IMG/VR virus record: IMGVR_UViG_3300042894_005670
Reading direction: 5' to 3' (one strand)
Length of the DNA: 64,000 nt
Source: a virus
The notes below the pieces were generated by a model. The model did no database searches, had not been told where the DNA came from, and saw only the letters and a program-made list of their open reading frames with translations. Position numbers and translations under genes: made by a program. Position 1 is the first letter of the stretch; each line of letters opens with the position of its first letter. Shown here piece after piece: positions 29,373 through 40,600 of the stretch.

Positions 29373-31150
29373 TCAACAAATTAAAGCTTGTTGTTTGTAT
29401 GTTGACGTACACTTTCGTAACATCATTGCATGCTCAAGTACCTGAAAGTGTAACAAGTAGTTTGGTCAACAATACTGCCTCAGCTACAGCAGTAACATCA
29501 ACATGGCAAAATGTTGGCACAATCAATCAACCTATTACTTGTTGGGCACCAAGCGACCCAGGCTACTGTGGTCCTCTACCCTATGCGAATGGTTTTGGTC
29601 CTAATGGGCTAAATTTTAGTTTTGGTATTGCTGATGCATTTCAAAATGTAAATGTTGCAAAAGCTTTACCTAATTCAGGAACAGGTTTAATTACGACAGG
29701 TTTTAAATTTAGTTGGATGAGTAAAAATGGTAATGGATGGGATGATGGGCGATTAGATCAACTATCAGCTTATGTTAATTTATATGATAAAAGTAATTCT
29801 AAAGTACTTGAAAATTTTTATTGGAACTTAAATTATATTCATAATTGGACAACTTTTAGTTATGAAAAAAATTGGTCAAAAGAATATAGACCTAATGATG
29901 TTGGTAATGTACGATTTGGTTTTGTGGGTGGGGATAATAATTTTTGGGCAGGACCGTACGGACCTGAAATCACCAACATTAACTTTCAATTAAAATATAA
30001 ACCTGATCCTTGTATAAAAAATCCATTGTACAGTCCTGAGTGTCCAAATTTTATGAAAGAATTAGAAAAAAATTCTTCAACTACTACAACATCAACTACT
30101 TCATCACCAAGTACATCATCAAATGATTTACCACCGCCTGAAAATGACCAAAACAAAAATAATCCACCTAAAGATGAAAAGTTTGATTTAGCACAAAAAG
30201 AAGAGGGTGTAAATGAAAACGTACATCATGAAGAACCAATTAATAATTCAATGGACAAATTAGTAGATACATTAATCAAAATACAAGATAATCAAGCTAA
30301 AGAAGAAAAGCTTACTATGGATGCTTCAAAAAATGCTATCAATGAAAATGACAATGTTACTAAACAAACAGTTAAAAATGCAGAACAAGTTGCTAGCAGA
30401 GCAGTTCGTTTAAGTCAAGAAAGTTCCACGCAACAACATCAAGTTAGTATGGACGTAGCGACCAAAGATAATAAGGGTCAGCAATCTTTATCATTATTTG
30501 TAACTCCTACCGCTACAACATTAAATGCCTTTCAATTACCTAATGCTACACAACAATTTAATATTATACAAAACCCAATGCAAAATAATCAAGCTACAGC
30601 GCAATTATTGACAACTGAACAACCAACTATCAAAACTCAATCAAGTAATTTGAGTATGACAAATAATTTAGTCCAAACTGAAACTACTGTATCAGTATTT
30701 GCACCATTACAAACTATGACACAACAAAATTTACAAAGTACAAGCGTTAATACAGCAAGTATTAATCAAAATACTTTAATTAATCCTTTGGCAAATCAGG
30801 TAACAGAAACACCAACATTGTCAACAAGTTTTCTCACTAATAAGGCTGATCCAATTAATTCTATTATTGAAACAAAAAATACGGTTGAAGATAAGAAAGA
30901 AGAAGTTAATACAGCAGCAGTAAAGCCAAGTGTGCAAGATAATGATGCTGCGGGTGGTGTATCTATTAATTCAATTGCTGTAACACCTGTTGGTTTTAAT
31001 GCTTATAATGTTGCATTAAGAGATGTTGCATTTTATGCACCAAAGGAGATTTATCGTAATCAACGTACAGTTGATAATGTACGAGCATTGCGACAATTGG
31101 CTAGTGATCGATTACATCAGGAAATGGTCGATCAACAATATAGGAGATAA
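29369..31150 (+). CDS. Secreted hypothetical protein
   Basis: signal peptide; DPCIKNPLYSPECP; low-complexity C-terminal half. Confidence 0.75.
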   Translation: MINKLKLVVCMLTYTFVTSLHAQVPESVTSSLVNNTASATAVTSTWQNVGTINQPITCWAPSDPGYCGPLPYANGFGPNGLNFSFGIADAFQNVNVAKALPNSGTGLITTGFKFSWMSKNGNGWDDGRLDQLSAYVNLYDKSNSKVLENFYWNLNYIHNWTTFSYEKNWSKEYRPNDVGNVRFGFVGGDNNFWAGPYGPEITNINFQLKYKPDPCIKNPLYSPECPNFMKELEKNSSTTTTSTTSSPSTSSNDLPPPENDQNKNNPPKDEKFDLAQKEEGVNENVHHEEPINNSMDKLVDTLIKIQDNQAKEEKLTMDASKNAINENDNVTKQTVKNAEQVASRAVRLSQESSTQQHQVSMDVATKDNKGQQSLSLFVTPTATTLNAFQLPNATQQFNIIQNPMQNNQATAQLLTTEQPTIKTQSSNLSMTNNLVQTETTVSVFAPLQTMTQQNLQSTSVNTASINQNTLINPLANQVTETPTLSTSFLTNKADPINSIIETKNTVEDKKEEVNTAAVKPSVQDNDAAGGVSINSIAVTPVGFNAYNVALRDVAFYAPKEIYRNQRTVDNVRALRQLASDRLHQEMVDQQYRR

Positions 31151-31152
31151 AA

Positions 31153-31806
31153 ATGACTGAAGAAATTAAAGATGTAAACAAAAAAATTGATGAGGCACAA
31201 GCAGCAGTAAAAAAGTATGCTAGTGCAGATACTGTAATTAGTATAGGTGGGTATGAATTTACACCTGCTAAGCTTATGGTAGCCTTTACTTTGGTATCAT
31301 CCATATTAGGTGGACTATATGGAACCTTCGAAGTATATAAAGATTACATGGGTATGAAGAAAAAGATTGCTGAATATGTTGCACCTGATTTGACTGAATT
31401 TGACAAACGTTTAGCATTGATTGAAGAAAATGCTAATAAGACACAGAAAGCTGTACAAGATGGTAGTGATAAAACAGCAGAATATACACGTGATATTAAA
31501 AATGATTTAAAGAACGACATTCGTCGATTAGAAAAAACTGTTGAAGATGTAGAACGAAGAAATAAAGATCAACAACGTGAGCTTGATAAAACAGTAGCTG
31601 AAGTAAAGACTGATGTACGTAACATACAAAAAGCTTCTGATGCGGCGTTAAATGGTGCTACTAAAGAGATTAATCGTATGGCTGCAGAAAACACTAAAGC
31701 AATAACTGCAAATAATAAAGAAGTAGATGCTAAGTTAAAAGCGTTAGATAAAAAGATTAATGAGGATCTTAAAAAAGCACTTGATAATCCACTAGCTAAT
31801 AGATAA
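31153..31806 (+). CDS. Membrane-anchored coiled-coil protein
   Basis: single TM then long heptad region; AGGAG RBS. Confidence 0.75.
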   Translation: MTEEIKDVNKKIDEAQAAVKKYASADTVISIGGYEFTPAKLMVAFTLVSSILGGLYGTFEVYKDYMGMKKKIAEYVAPDLTEFDKRLALIEENANKTQKAVQDGSDKTAEYTRDIKNDLKNDIRRLEKTVEDVERRNKDQQRELDKTVAEVKTDVRNIQKASDAALNGATKEINRMAAENTKAITANNKEVDAKLKALDKKINEDLKKALDNPLANR

Positions 31807-32235
31807 TTATTGCCCTTCTTCTTTAGTCCATTTATATTCAATTAAACATTGTCTTGGTACTAGTTTTTTATCAATAGTAATAATAACTATGTATTCGCAT
31901 ATTCTTTTCATTACGTCTGTATGAGCTTGAAGTCTTTTTTCTAGTAGTTTAATGTTGTTTTCTAAAACTGTATTTTGGGTTTCGAGTTTTTGTATTAAAA
32001 GATTTTGTTTTTCAATTTGCGACTCTATTGAGCTTAACGGGTTTACAGTCACTACTTGTTGTTGTGGTTCTAAAACAGGTTCTTTTGGAGGTGATTTGGT
32101 AGACAAATTTAATATTAATATTAACGATATTAAAGATAGTATGATAATAAAAGTATAAAGAGGTTTGCTTTTTATCCATAGTAAGATTTGTTGATACCTA
32201 GATAGTTCGACTCGCTGTTGTATTTTTCGTGGCAT
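31807..32235 (-). CDS. TM plus coiled-coil hypothetical protein
   Basis: MPRKIQQ start after AGGA; the ORF-track extension overlaps a + strand gene. Confidence 0.6.
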   Translation of the reverse strand: MPRKIQQRVELSRYQQILLWIKSKPLYTFIIILSLISLILILNLSTKSPPKEPVLEPQQQVVTVNPLSSIESQIEKQNLLIQKLETQNTVLENNIKLLEKRLQAHTDVMKRICEYIVIITIDKKLVPRQCLIEYKWTKEEGQ

Positions 32236-32275
32236 AATTATTCCTAATTTTAATAAATATTTATAAAAGAACAAC

Positions 32276-32650
32276 ATGATTGATTGGTCAGACATTAATA
32301 AAGTACAACTAGGATTGAATGGCATACTAGTTTTAGTTGTAGTTTTTCTTGTTTTTATTCTATATGTTTGGCATAGAGATAGTAAAAGTAACATTGACCT
32401 AAAAGATCTTATTTGCGTAGATAACAAAATAGATGAGAAAAAGTTTGTAAGGTTTGGTGCATGGATTGTGTCAACATGGGGATTTGTATATCTGATTGTA
32501 GAAGAACGATTTAGTGAATGGTATTTTGCAGGATATATGGCAGCATGGGTTGGTAACGCATTAATTGACAAATACATTACTAATAAAAAAATATATGAAG
32601 AACCTATTGAAGAAAAAACTAAAAATTTAAAGTGGAAAAAATATGATTAA
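32276..32650 (+). CDS. Membrane protein (3 TM, holin-like candidate)
   Basis: hydrophobic segments, basic C-tail, late TAAATA upstream. Confidence 0.6.
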   Translation: MIDWSDINKVQLGLNGILVLVVVFLVFILYVWHRDSKSNIDLKDLICVDNKIDEKKFVRFGAWIVSTWGFVYLIVEERFSEWYFAGYMAAWVGNALIDKYITNKKIYEEPIEEKTKNLKWKKYD

Positions 32651-32828
32651 AACAATAATAATATTATTATTTTCATTGGTTATAGTTGGGTGTGAAGCAA
32701 GATATCGTTATCCTTGCCAAGATCCTTCTAATTGGGGCACTGAGCGTTGTATTAAACCTGTTTGTGAAGTCAACCATGATTGCCCTGAACAAGTTTTTAA
32801 CAAAAAAGTTGTGGAGTGTAAAAAATGA
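32643..32828 (+). CDS. Small lipoprotein
   Basis: lipobox-like LVIVG-C; Cys-rich. Confidence 0.65.
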   Translation: MIKTIIILLFSLVIVGCEARYRYPCQDPSNWGTERCIKPVCEVNHDCPEQVFNKKVVECKK

Positions 32829-33193
32829 ACGATATGGACGCACAAAAAGTAAGTAAAAACGGTGAACGTTATACAGAAACAGAATTAATGGTACGTTTGA
32901 AAGTATTCATTGGTAGCTGTTTAGCACTTACCTTAATTGGTATTGTGTTTACTGTATTATATAGTATAATGTTTGTTACTCAACCATTAGATGCTATTAG
33001 CCCGATTGATAGTAAATTCTTTGAATTAATCATTCCTGTGGCAACATTCTTGTGTGGTACATTGTCAGGTATCATGTTGGCAGGTACAGGACGTGAAGCA
33101 GCGTTGGCAGGTGCACAACAAGCTAATGCTACTAATGCGGCACAAAAAGAAAAGGATGCTCAAAAAGAGAAAGAAGGTAAATCCGAAAAATAG
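32825..33193 (+). CDS. Two-TM membrane protein
   Basis: two hydrophobic helices. Confidence 0.65.
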   Translation: MNDMDAQKVSKNGERYTETELMVRLKVFIGSCLALTLIGIVFTVLYSIMFVTQPLDAISPIDSKFFELIIPVATFLCGTLSGIMLAGTGREAALAGAQQANATNAAQKEKDAQKEKEGKSEK

Positions 33194-33225
33194 GATAAAT
33201 ATTTTATATTACCAAGGGGTTTACC

Positions 33226-33669
33226 ATGAAAATTTGGGACATTGCAGTAGATGATGATATCCGTGAGGGTGACGAATTTGACCTAGAATTAGGTGATATT
33301 TTAGTTGAAACTACTGTATCTGAAGTTGTTGAAGATGGTATTGTCATACACGCTGATGCTGTAACATTGCGTCATATTATGGAATTTGTAAAATTACCTT
33401 TACACGAATCCGAAGATATGGAAGAAGCTAAGTACCAAGGTCGTGAAGTTAGTTTAGGAAAACCATTTTTAACTCCTGATGGTCCTAAAAAAAGATCAGT
33501 TTATGTCAAAAATCCTAAAGGAAATGTTGTCAAAGTAAACTTTGGCGACAAAAAAATGAAAATAAAAAAATCAAACCCAAATAGAAGAAAATCTTTTAGA
33601 GCTAGACATAACTGTTCCACTGCAAAAGATAGAACAAGTGCAAGATATTGGAGTTGTAAATTTTGGTGA
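33226..33669 (+). CDS. Phage protein with acidic N-terminal half and basic C-terminal domain (putative head-internal)
   Basis: PKKRSVYVKN...RRKSFRARHNC...ARYWSCKFW. Confidence 0.7.
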   Translation: MKIWDIAVDDDIREGDEFDLELGDILVETTVSEVVEDGIVIHADAVTLRHIMEFVKLPLHESEDMEEAKYQGREVSLGKPFLTPDGPKKRSVYVKNPKGNVVKVNFGDKKMKIKKSNPNRRKSFRARHNCSTAKDRTSARYWSCKFW

Positions 33670-33677
33670 AAAATAAT

Positions 33678-34313
33678 ATGTTTATTGTTTATAAATTTAC
33701 TAATCTTATATCTAATAAGTCTTACATTGGTTATACAAAATTTTCCCTTGAAAAAAGGTGGGATCAACATTGTAAATTAAGTAATAAAAATTTAGATAAT
33801 AGAAAATTTTATAACGCAATTAGAAAATATGGTACTGATTGTTGGAATAAAGAAATTCTTTTTGAAGTTGAAGAACATGGGTGTGCACAAAAAAAAGAAA
33901 TAGAGTTTATTGAAAAATTTGATACATTTAATAATGGATATAATTTAACACTTGGTGGTGATGGCAATAATGGAATTGTAATGTCAGAAGCATCGAACCT
34001 TAAAAGAAGTATAGCTTTGAAAGGTAAACCAAAAAGTAAAGAAACTATTGCTAAGTTTAAATCACGAACTCAAACTTCTGAAACTATAGACAAAATTTCA
34101 ATGTCCCACAAAGGCAAGAAAAAACCTTGGGTAAAGTGGAATTCTGATCAAATTACTAAAAGAGCTTTAACAAGAAGATCATTAAGTAAAGATCAATATG
34201 ATACTATAATTATGATGAAAAAGCAAAACAAGAGCTTAAAAAATATAAGCATTTTGTTAAACATTAATTATGATGTCGTTAAAAAATGGCACAATAAAAG
34301 TTGGGATTTATAA
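33678..34313 (+). CDS. GIY-YIG homing endonuclease with NUMOD3-like repeats
   Basis: IVYKFTNLISNKSYIGYT..RW..H; NGYNLT.GG; SETIDKISMSHKGK. Confidence 0.88.
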   Translation: MFIVYKFTNLISNKSYIGYTKFSLEKRWDQHCKLSNKNLDNRKFYNAIRKYGTDCWNKEILFEVEEHGCAQKKEIEFIEKFDTFNNGYNLTLGGDGNNGIVMSEASNLKRSIALKGKPKSKETIAKFKSRTQTSETIDKISMSHKGKKKPWVKWNSDQITKRALTRRSLSKDQYDTIIMMKKQNKSLKNISILLNINYDVVKKWHNKSWDL

Positions 34314-34316
34314 ATC

Positions 34317-34616
34317 ATGGATATCCTAGAAATCTTGAAAACAATTCAAGAAGATTGGATGCTGCTGCTTTTCTTTTTTACTTTGGGTGGTGCATGGATT
34401 CAAGGTAAGATGTGGTTTGAGCGTGTTAATACTAATATTAAAAAAGCTAACGATCAACACACCGAACAAAATAGGATACTTTCAGGTGTAAAAACTGACC
34501 TAGACCACTTGAAAAATAAAGTTTCTGATATAGAATATACCGTAAAGAGTATACATGAAGAAGTTCATGATCAAGAAATTAAATTGGCAGTTTTAGAAAG
34601 TAAAAAAAATCGCTGA
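34317..34616 (+). CDS. TM plus coiled-coil protein
   Basis: N-terminal hydrophobic helix, heptads. Confidence 0.6.
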   Translation: MDILEILKTIQEDWMLLLFFFTLGGAWIQGKMWFERVNTNIKKANDQHTEQNRILSGVKTDLDHLKNKVSDIEYTVKSIHEEVHDQEIKLAVLESKKNR

Positions 34617-34641
34617 TTATATTGTCCTATAAGTAGGGTAT

Positions 34642-34818
34642 ATGTCAAAAAATAAATCTGAACCACGCTTTGAAGTAATTACTCATGAAGATGAAAATGG
34701 GGATTTATTTATGCCCATACCACCTGAATTATTAAACCGTCTAGGTTGGAAAGAAGGTGACACTATTGATTTTAATTTGGATGATAAAGGTAGATGGATA
34801 CTGAAAAAAATACAGTAA
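34642..34818 (+). CDS. AbrB/MazE/SpoVT-like DNA-binding protein (58 aa, not in ORF track)
   Basis: translation ...DENGDLFMPIPPELLNRLGWKEGDTIDF... matches the swapped-hairpin pattern. Confidence 0.75.
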   Translation: MSKNKSEPRFEVITHEDENGDLFMPIPPELLNRLGWKEGDTIDFNLDDKGRWILKKIQ

Positions 34819-35396
34819 CAAATGATGATATAAAAGAACTTATTGATAATTTAGATAAAATATCAATTACTGAAACTTATGAAGATACAATTAGTGTATC
34901 AGCTAATTCTTGGGCTGATTTGTATCCTTGGCTTAATACAGCAAACAGTATAGGATCGTTATCCACTATAACATCTTTAAGTCCATTATCTACATCACAG
35001 TTAAGTTCAATTTTACCTTATCAAAATAGTACTACTACATCACAGACCACTACTTATAATCTTCCTGTCAACGGCGGTGGTGGTTCTAGCGGTGCAGGTT
35101 TACTTGGAAATGCACTTACGGGAGCTATTTTAACAAGTGGCAGTGGTGGTAATTTGTCTTGGAATTCACCTAGCCTTGAGGTTAAAGGTGATGCTAATTT
35201 CGACGGTGATATTAATATAAAAGGTAAAAGTTTAAATAAAACTTTAGAAAGTATTGAAAAGCGTTTGGGTATACTACATGTAAATCCTGATTTGGAAAAA
35301 CGGTGGGAAAAACTCAAACAATTAAGTGAAGAATATCATGCTCTTGAACAAGAACTATTATCAACTGAAGAAATGTTTAAAACATTAAAAAACTAA
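34794..35396 (+). CDS. Hypothetical protein (S/T-rich, C-terminal coiled coil)
   Basis: 200-aa ORF. Confidence 0.65.
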   Translation: MDTEKNTVTNDDIKELIDNLDKISITETYEDTISVSANSWADLYPWLNTANSIGSLSTITSLSPLSTSQLSSILPYQNSTTTSQTTTYNLPVNGGGGSSGAGLLGNALTGAILTSGSGGNLSWNSPSLEVKGDANFDGDINIKGKSLNKTLESIEKRLGILHVNPDLEKRWEKLKQLSEEYHALEQELLSTEEMFKTLKN

Positions 35397-35611
35397 TGGC
35401 AAAAGAAGAAACCATACCCTTACAGGGATCTGTAGTAGAAGTATTACCTAACGCTATGTTTAGGATTAAATTAGAAAGCGGACAAGTTGTAATAGGTTAT
35501 ATAAGTGGTAAAATGCGTAAAAACGAAATTAAAATTTTACTTGGTGATGCCGTTACACTAGAATTTAGTCCCTATGATTTTACTAAAGGTAGAATAACAA
35601 GGCGACACTAA
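35396..35611 (+). CDS. infA: Translation initiation factor IF-1
   Basis: MAKEE...[11 protein letters not shown]....ISGKMRK..I.IL.GD.V..E.SPYD..KGRI. Confidence 0.95.
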   Translation: MAKEETIPLQGSVVEVLPNAMFRIKLESGQVVIGYISGKMRKNEIKILLGDAVTLEFSPYDFTKGRITRRH

Positions 35612-35633
35612 ACCCCTCAGGCTAAATAATTAG

Positions 35634-36188
35634 ATGAGGGATTTAATTACATTACTTGAAGCAAAAGCTAAAATCGAACAAATTGAAATTGTTCCGTTAG
35701 CTTTTAAAAATACTCAATTTGCGCCTGTATTATCATCAGACGCAATGAACTTGCATCTAAAACTAGCACATGGTTATACAGAACGCTATAATAAAGATGA
35801 AGGTGATCCTGAATTTAATTATGCAGGTTACTTTTTACATAATACGCTATTTGCACAATATCGTGAACCACGTACCAATAATGTAGCTAATGGACCGATT
35901 GGCGGATTTATTAAAACTAAGTTTAAAAGTTATGAAAACTTTGTAGAACAAATTGCAATAGAAGCAATGAAGCTACAAGGTAGTAATTGGATTTACTTAG
36001 CACGTGATGGTAGCATTAAATCTATCCATAACCATGAAGTACGTGATGATATTTTATTGCTTATTGACATGTGGGAACATGCTTTTATATTAGATTATGG
36101 CACTGATAAGAAAAAATATTTAGAAAATATATTTCGCCTAATCAATTGGAACGTAATCAATGCACGTTGGGGTGAGGCATACAGATGA
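35634..36188 (+). CDS. Fe/Mn superoxide dismutase
   Basis: LH..., LHN.LF, GSNWIYL, DMWEHAF.LDY metal-ligand motifs. Confidence 0.88.
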   Translation: MRDLITLLEAKAKIEQIEIVPLAFKNTQFAPVLSSDAMNLHLKLAHGYTERYNKDEGDPEFNYAGYFLHNTLFAQYREPRTNNVANGPIGGFIKTKFKSYENFVEQIAIEAMKLQGSNWIYLARDGSIKSIHNHEVRDDILLLIDMWEHAFILDYGTDKKKYLENIFRLINWNVINARWGEAYR

Positions 36189-36430
36189 GAGCTAAAGAAT
36201 TTATAACAGAAAAATGGAGCACAAAATATAAACGCTCTATTAATTGTAATAACCCAAAAGGGTTTAGTCAACGTGCTCATTGCCAAGGAAGAAAAAAGAA
36301 TGAAGATGTACAGGTTGATGAGCGTAAGAAAAAACGTAAAAAAGTGAATCGAGCATATGGATATTTTGGTTATCCTTTAGCTATAACTGATATTGGTGGT
36401 GACGGTGGTGGAGATGGTGGGGGCGAATGA
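36185..36430 (+). CDS. Small basic putative internal head protein
   Basis: MRAKEFITE N-terminus; KYKRSINCNNPKGFSQRAHC. Confidence 0.7.
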   Translation: MRAKEFITEKWSTKYKRSINCNNPKGFSQRAHCQGRKKNEDVQVDERKKKRKKVNRAYGYFGYPLAITDIGGDGGGDGGGE

Positions 36431-37245
36431 GAGCAGTTGAATTTATACTTGAAAATAAACATGTCGATGAAGGTTGGCGTGAGGTTGTTGCTGCTGCCAT
36501 ACCTATTGCAGGGCTAGGATTTCATGGTGCTAATTTATATAAAGGTGACAAAACTCCTCCTCAACCTGCAGCACAAGTTATTCAAGTTCAACCTAAACAA
36601 CAAGTAAAAACGTTTCAACCATCAGAACCAATTCGTCAGGTTGCTCCACAGCCAAAAGAAGCACCACAAGTTAAACAAAAACAAGTAAAAAAAGAATATA
36701 AACCACTTACACCAAATGAACATGCGTTGTACACAATAGCAGTTAATTCAGGATTACATGGTATTGAATTGGCTCAATTTTTAGCACAAATGCAGCATGA
36801 AAGTTGGGATTTTAAAAAGTTACGTGAAGTACCACAGGGTAAAGATTATTTTAAAAAATATGATCCAAAACATGCTCCAAAAACAGCAAAAATTTTAGGC
36901 AACAAAGCCCCAGGCGATGGCGAAAAATACAAAGGACGTGGGTTTATACAACTTACAGGACGTGATAATTACAAAGCTGCGGGTGATGCTTTAGGTATCA
37001 TGTTTGTTAACCCTAACCCAAAAGATAAAAAAGCTGAAAAATTAGCAGCACTTAATCGTAAAAAATTAGAAACAGATATGGTGCTATCCGCAAAAGTTGC
37101 CTTGTGGTATTGGTCAACACGTGTAAAACCTTATGTAAAAAATTTCTCTGATACTGCTGCAGTGACTAAATTTATTAATCCTGCTCTATATGGATTAAAA
37201 GATAGACATGAAAACTTTATGGATTACTTACAAAAAATAAAATGA
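36427..37245 (+). CDS. Glycoside hydrolase family 19 (chitinase-like muramidase)
   Basis: FLAQMQHES, GDGEKYKGRGFIQLTGRDNY, VTKFIN. Confidence 0.9.
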   Translation: MRAVEFILENKHVDEGWREVVAAAIPIAGLGFHGANLYKGDKTPPQPAAQVIQVQPKQQVKTFQPSEPIRQVAPQPKEAPQVKQKQVKKEYKPLTPNEHALYTIAVNSGLHGIELAQFLAQMQHESWDFKKLREVPQGKDYFKKYDPKHAPKTAKILGNKAPGDGEKYKGRGFIQLTGRDNYKAAGDALGIMFVNPNPKDKKAEKLAALNRKKLETDMVLSAKVALWYWSTRVKPYVKNFSDTAAVTKFINPALYGLKDRHENFMDYLQKIK

Positions 37246-37568
37246 TTACACTAACAGAATCTGCTATAAAAAAAGTAAAAGAAATATTATCTGAAGAACC
37301 TAAACCAATGAAACTTAGAACTTACGTACAAGGTGGTGGTTGCAGTGGATTTTCATATGGATTTTCACTAGAAGATGACCCTACGCAAGAAGATGATTTT
37401 AGTTTACATTTTGATGGTATTGAAGTTGTGGTTGATGCCATGTCTGCTCAATACTTAGAAGGTGCGGAAATAGATTATCGAAGTAATTTAGAAGGTAGTC
37501 AATTTATTATCAAAAATCCTAATGCTCAAACAACTTGTGGATGTGGGAGTAGTTTCAGTCCATTCTAA
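37242..37568 (+). CDS. A-type Fe-S cluster carrier (ErpA/IscA/HesB family)
   Basis: GGGCSGF.Y and NPNAQTTCGCGSSF. Confidence 0.93.
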   Translation: MITLTESAIKKVKEILSEEPKPMKLRTYVQGGGCSGFSYGFSLEDDPTQEDDFSLHFDGIEVVVDAMSAQYLEGAEIDYRSNLEGSQFIIKNPNAQTTCGCGSSFSPF

Positions 37569-37608
37569 TCTAATATTGGGATAAATACCTGATATAGGAT
37601 AAAGAATA

Positions 37609-40600
37609 ATGGCAACTTCATCAAATATCACACTATCTAACATTAATGTAGGGCAACCTAATCAAATTGCCAACAGTGATAGTTTGTGGTTAGCATTTAA
37701 TAAAGCACAGAATAACTTCTCTGCGATTTCAAACCAAGCAAGTCAATGGAAAACAATCGACGGAGGTAACGGGGTAAGTGTTACAGCAGTTAGTAACTCA
37801 TCACTTGTCATTGAAAACACAGGGGTAAGGCAGATAATACCTGGGGACAATATATCGGTAAGCAATTTAGGTCTTGGTATTGTACAAATTACCGCTGTAG
37901 GGGGCGGAAACGGTAATGGTGGTAGTTCATTATCAGGTGTAAGTATTACAGCAGCCACAGGAGTCAATGTTAGCCCAAATGTTACACTACAAACAGCAGG
38001 TAATGCAAACTTTATTATTGGTTTAGCTAACAGTGGTGTTACAGCAGGTACCTATCGTTTTCCAAATATAACTATTGACCAATATGGACGTGTCACTAAT
38101 GTAGCCAATGGTAACGCAGGTACAGTAACGAATATTGGGTTTGTCAATGGTAATGGTATTAGCGTAACAGGTGGTCCAATCACCACATCGGGTAATGTTA
38201 CGATAACAAATACAGGAGTCACACGTTTAACCGTGGGTGCAGGTTTAGCAATCGGTAATAGTACTACAGGTATTGGTATTGCTAATACGCTAACAGGTGA
38301 AGTTATATTAACCTTAACAGGTGGCGGTGGTGGTGGAGGTGGTACGGTAACATTAGTAGAAACCATGAGTAATGGTGATATTTTAATGTCAACGACAAAT
38401 CCTGTGCCAAACGGAGCTACTAGCGCACAAATTACAAGTGCAGGTACCATTTATTTTAGATTGGCAAATAATTTACCAAATATTACAGGTGTTGGAACAT
38501 TATCTAATTTAAGTGTTGCGGGTAATGCAGTAATTGGTGGCAACTTAACCGTAATGGGTAACATGAATTATATAAACAGTAATGTTTATTATATTCAAGA
38601 TCCTACGATTGAATTAGGTGGTGGAGCAAACGGTGCACCATTGACAACTAATGATGGCAAAGATCGTGGACTAATCTTACATTATTATAATGGTATACCT
38701 ATCGACGCATTTATGGGTTGGGATACAGGTAACTCTGAGTTTGCTTTGGGTAGTAATGTATCTGAAACTTCAGCTAATAGTGGTGTATACCTGTTTAATA
38801 GTTACGGCAACTTACGTGCTTTAAATTACTTGGGTACAGGTATTGCAGTCAGTGCAAATGTTGTAGCAGGAAACCTTATTGCAAACTCTAACGCAAACAT
38901 CACAGGTATTGCTAACATAGCTAATATGGTTGTGTCAGGTAACGCTAACGTCAATCAACTTAATGCTACTAACGCAAATATCAGTTCAAACTTAACAGTA
39001 TCAGGTAACTTAAGTGGTGGTAATATTACCACGACAGGTGTTGTATTTGCAACAGGAAATATTACAGGTGGCAATTTACAAACTACAGCATCAGTAGTTG
39101 CAGGTAATGTTTTTGCAAATGCCAATGTATGGGCAAATACAGGCACTGTGGGTGGTTCATTACTGCGTGGAGCATTTGATACTAATAGTAGTAGTCAACC
39201 TAACATTACCACACTTGGTAACTCAATTGCTATAGGAAATATTTCATCGGTCAATAATGTAAACGTTAATGTACTTCTTACAACAAGTAACCTAACAATT
39301 ACCGCAACTACGATTGCCAATGGTGTAATACAAGCTAACGCAAACATTGTAAGTAATGCTAACATTTATGCAAACAGTGGTACCATTGGTGCTTCATTAT
39401 TAACAGGAACGTTGACAACAGCAGCACAACCTAACGTAACTAGTGTAGGTAATCTTTCATCATTAACTGTTGTGGGCAATGCTAGCGCAGGTAATTTATC
39501 TACCTCAGGATTCTTGACAGTTACCTCTAATGCAAATATTGGCAATCTGCAAGTCAGTGGTGCAGGTAACATTGTTGGTAATGCTAATGTTGGTAATTTA
39601 GGCACATCAGGATTAATTATAGCCACAGGAAATATTACAGGTGGCAATTTAACTACAGGTGGTGTAGTAGGTGCAACAGGCAATGTAACAGGTGGCAATC
39701 TTACTTCTAACGCAAATATTACTGCAGTAAGTTTTGTCATTGCAAATAACTTCACTGCTAATTCAAATATTGGTGCATCACAAACTATTACAGGTGGTGT
39801 CGTTAACTCAAATAGTTCGATGAGTGCTATAACAACGATAACAGGTGGTAATCTAATTTCCAATGGTTTTGCAAATATAAGTGGTAATTTAATTGCTGCA
39901 AATATTACATCAAACAATGTCATTTTAGCAACAAGCACCATTACAGGTGGCAATATTATATCCAATGGTTTTGCTAATGTAGGTGGTAATCTTATTGCTG
40001 CAAATATTACATCAAATGGTATAGCAAATATTGTTGGTAATGCTAACGTAGGTAACTTAATTTCCGCAGGTATTATTTCAGCAGTTGGTAATGCTAACGT
40101 AGGAAATATTGGTGCTACTACGGGCGTATTTACCGTGGTAACAGGATCATTAACTACTAACGCTCAGCCAAATATTACAAGTGTTGGTACACTATCAAGT
40201 TTAGTTGTTACAGCAAATGCCAATGTAGGTAACCTAATTACAGGTGGGTTTATCACAGCCAATGGCAACATTACAGGTGGCAATGTAAGTAGCTTAGGTA
40301 TATTGTCAGTAACGGGTAATGCAAACGTTGGTAATTTAGGATCTAATATTGCTGTTGTATCTACAGGTAATATTAACATTGTTAATGCTAATTCTATTGT
40401 TGTATCAACATTAGCTAATGTGGTTGCAACAACACCTGCAACAAGTACAACAAGTGGTGCCCTACAGGTTAATGGCGGTATTAGCACTCAGGGCAATATC
40501 TATGCAGGTGGTAATATTGTTGGATCTTTAAACGCTTCATTAACAGGTAATGTATCAGGGCAATATGTAACAGGTAATATTGTTACTGTGAGCGCAACTC

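Noticed and set aside
32236-32577. Upstream 114 codons of ORF 31807-32577
   Set aside because: Overlaps the + strand membrane gene; a better start with RBS is at 32235.
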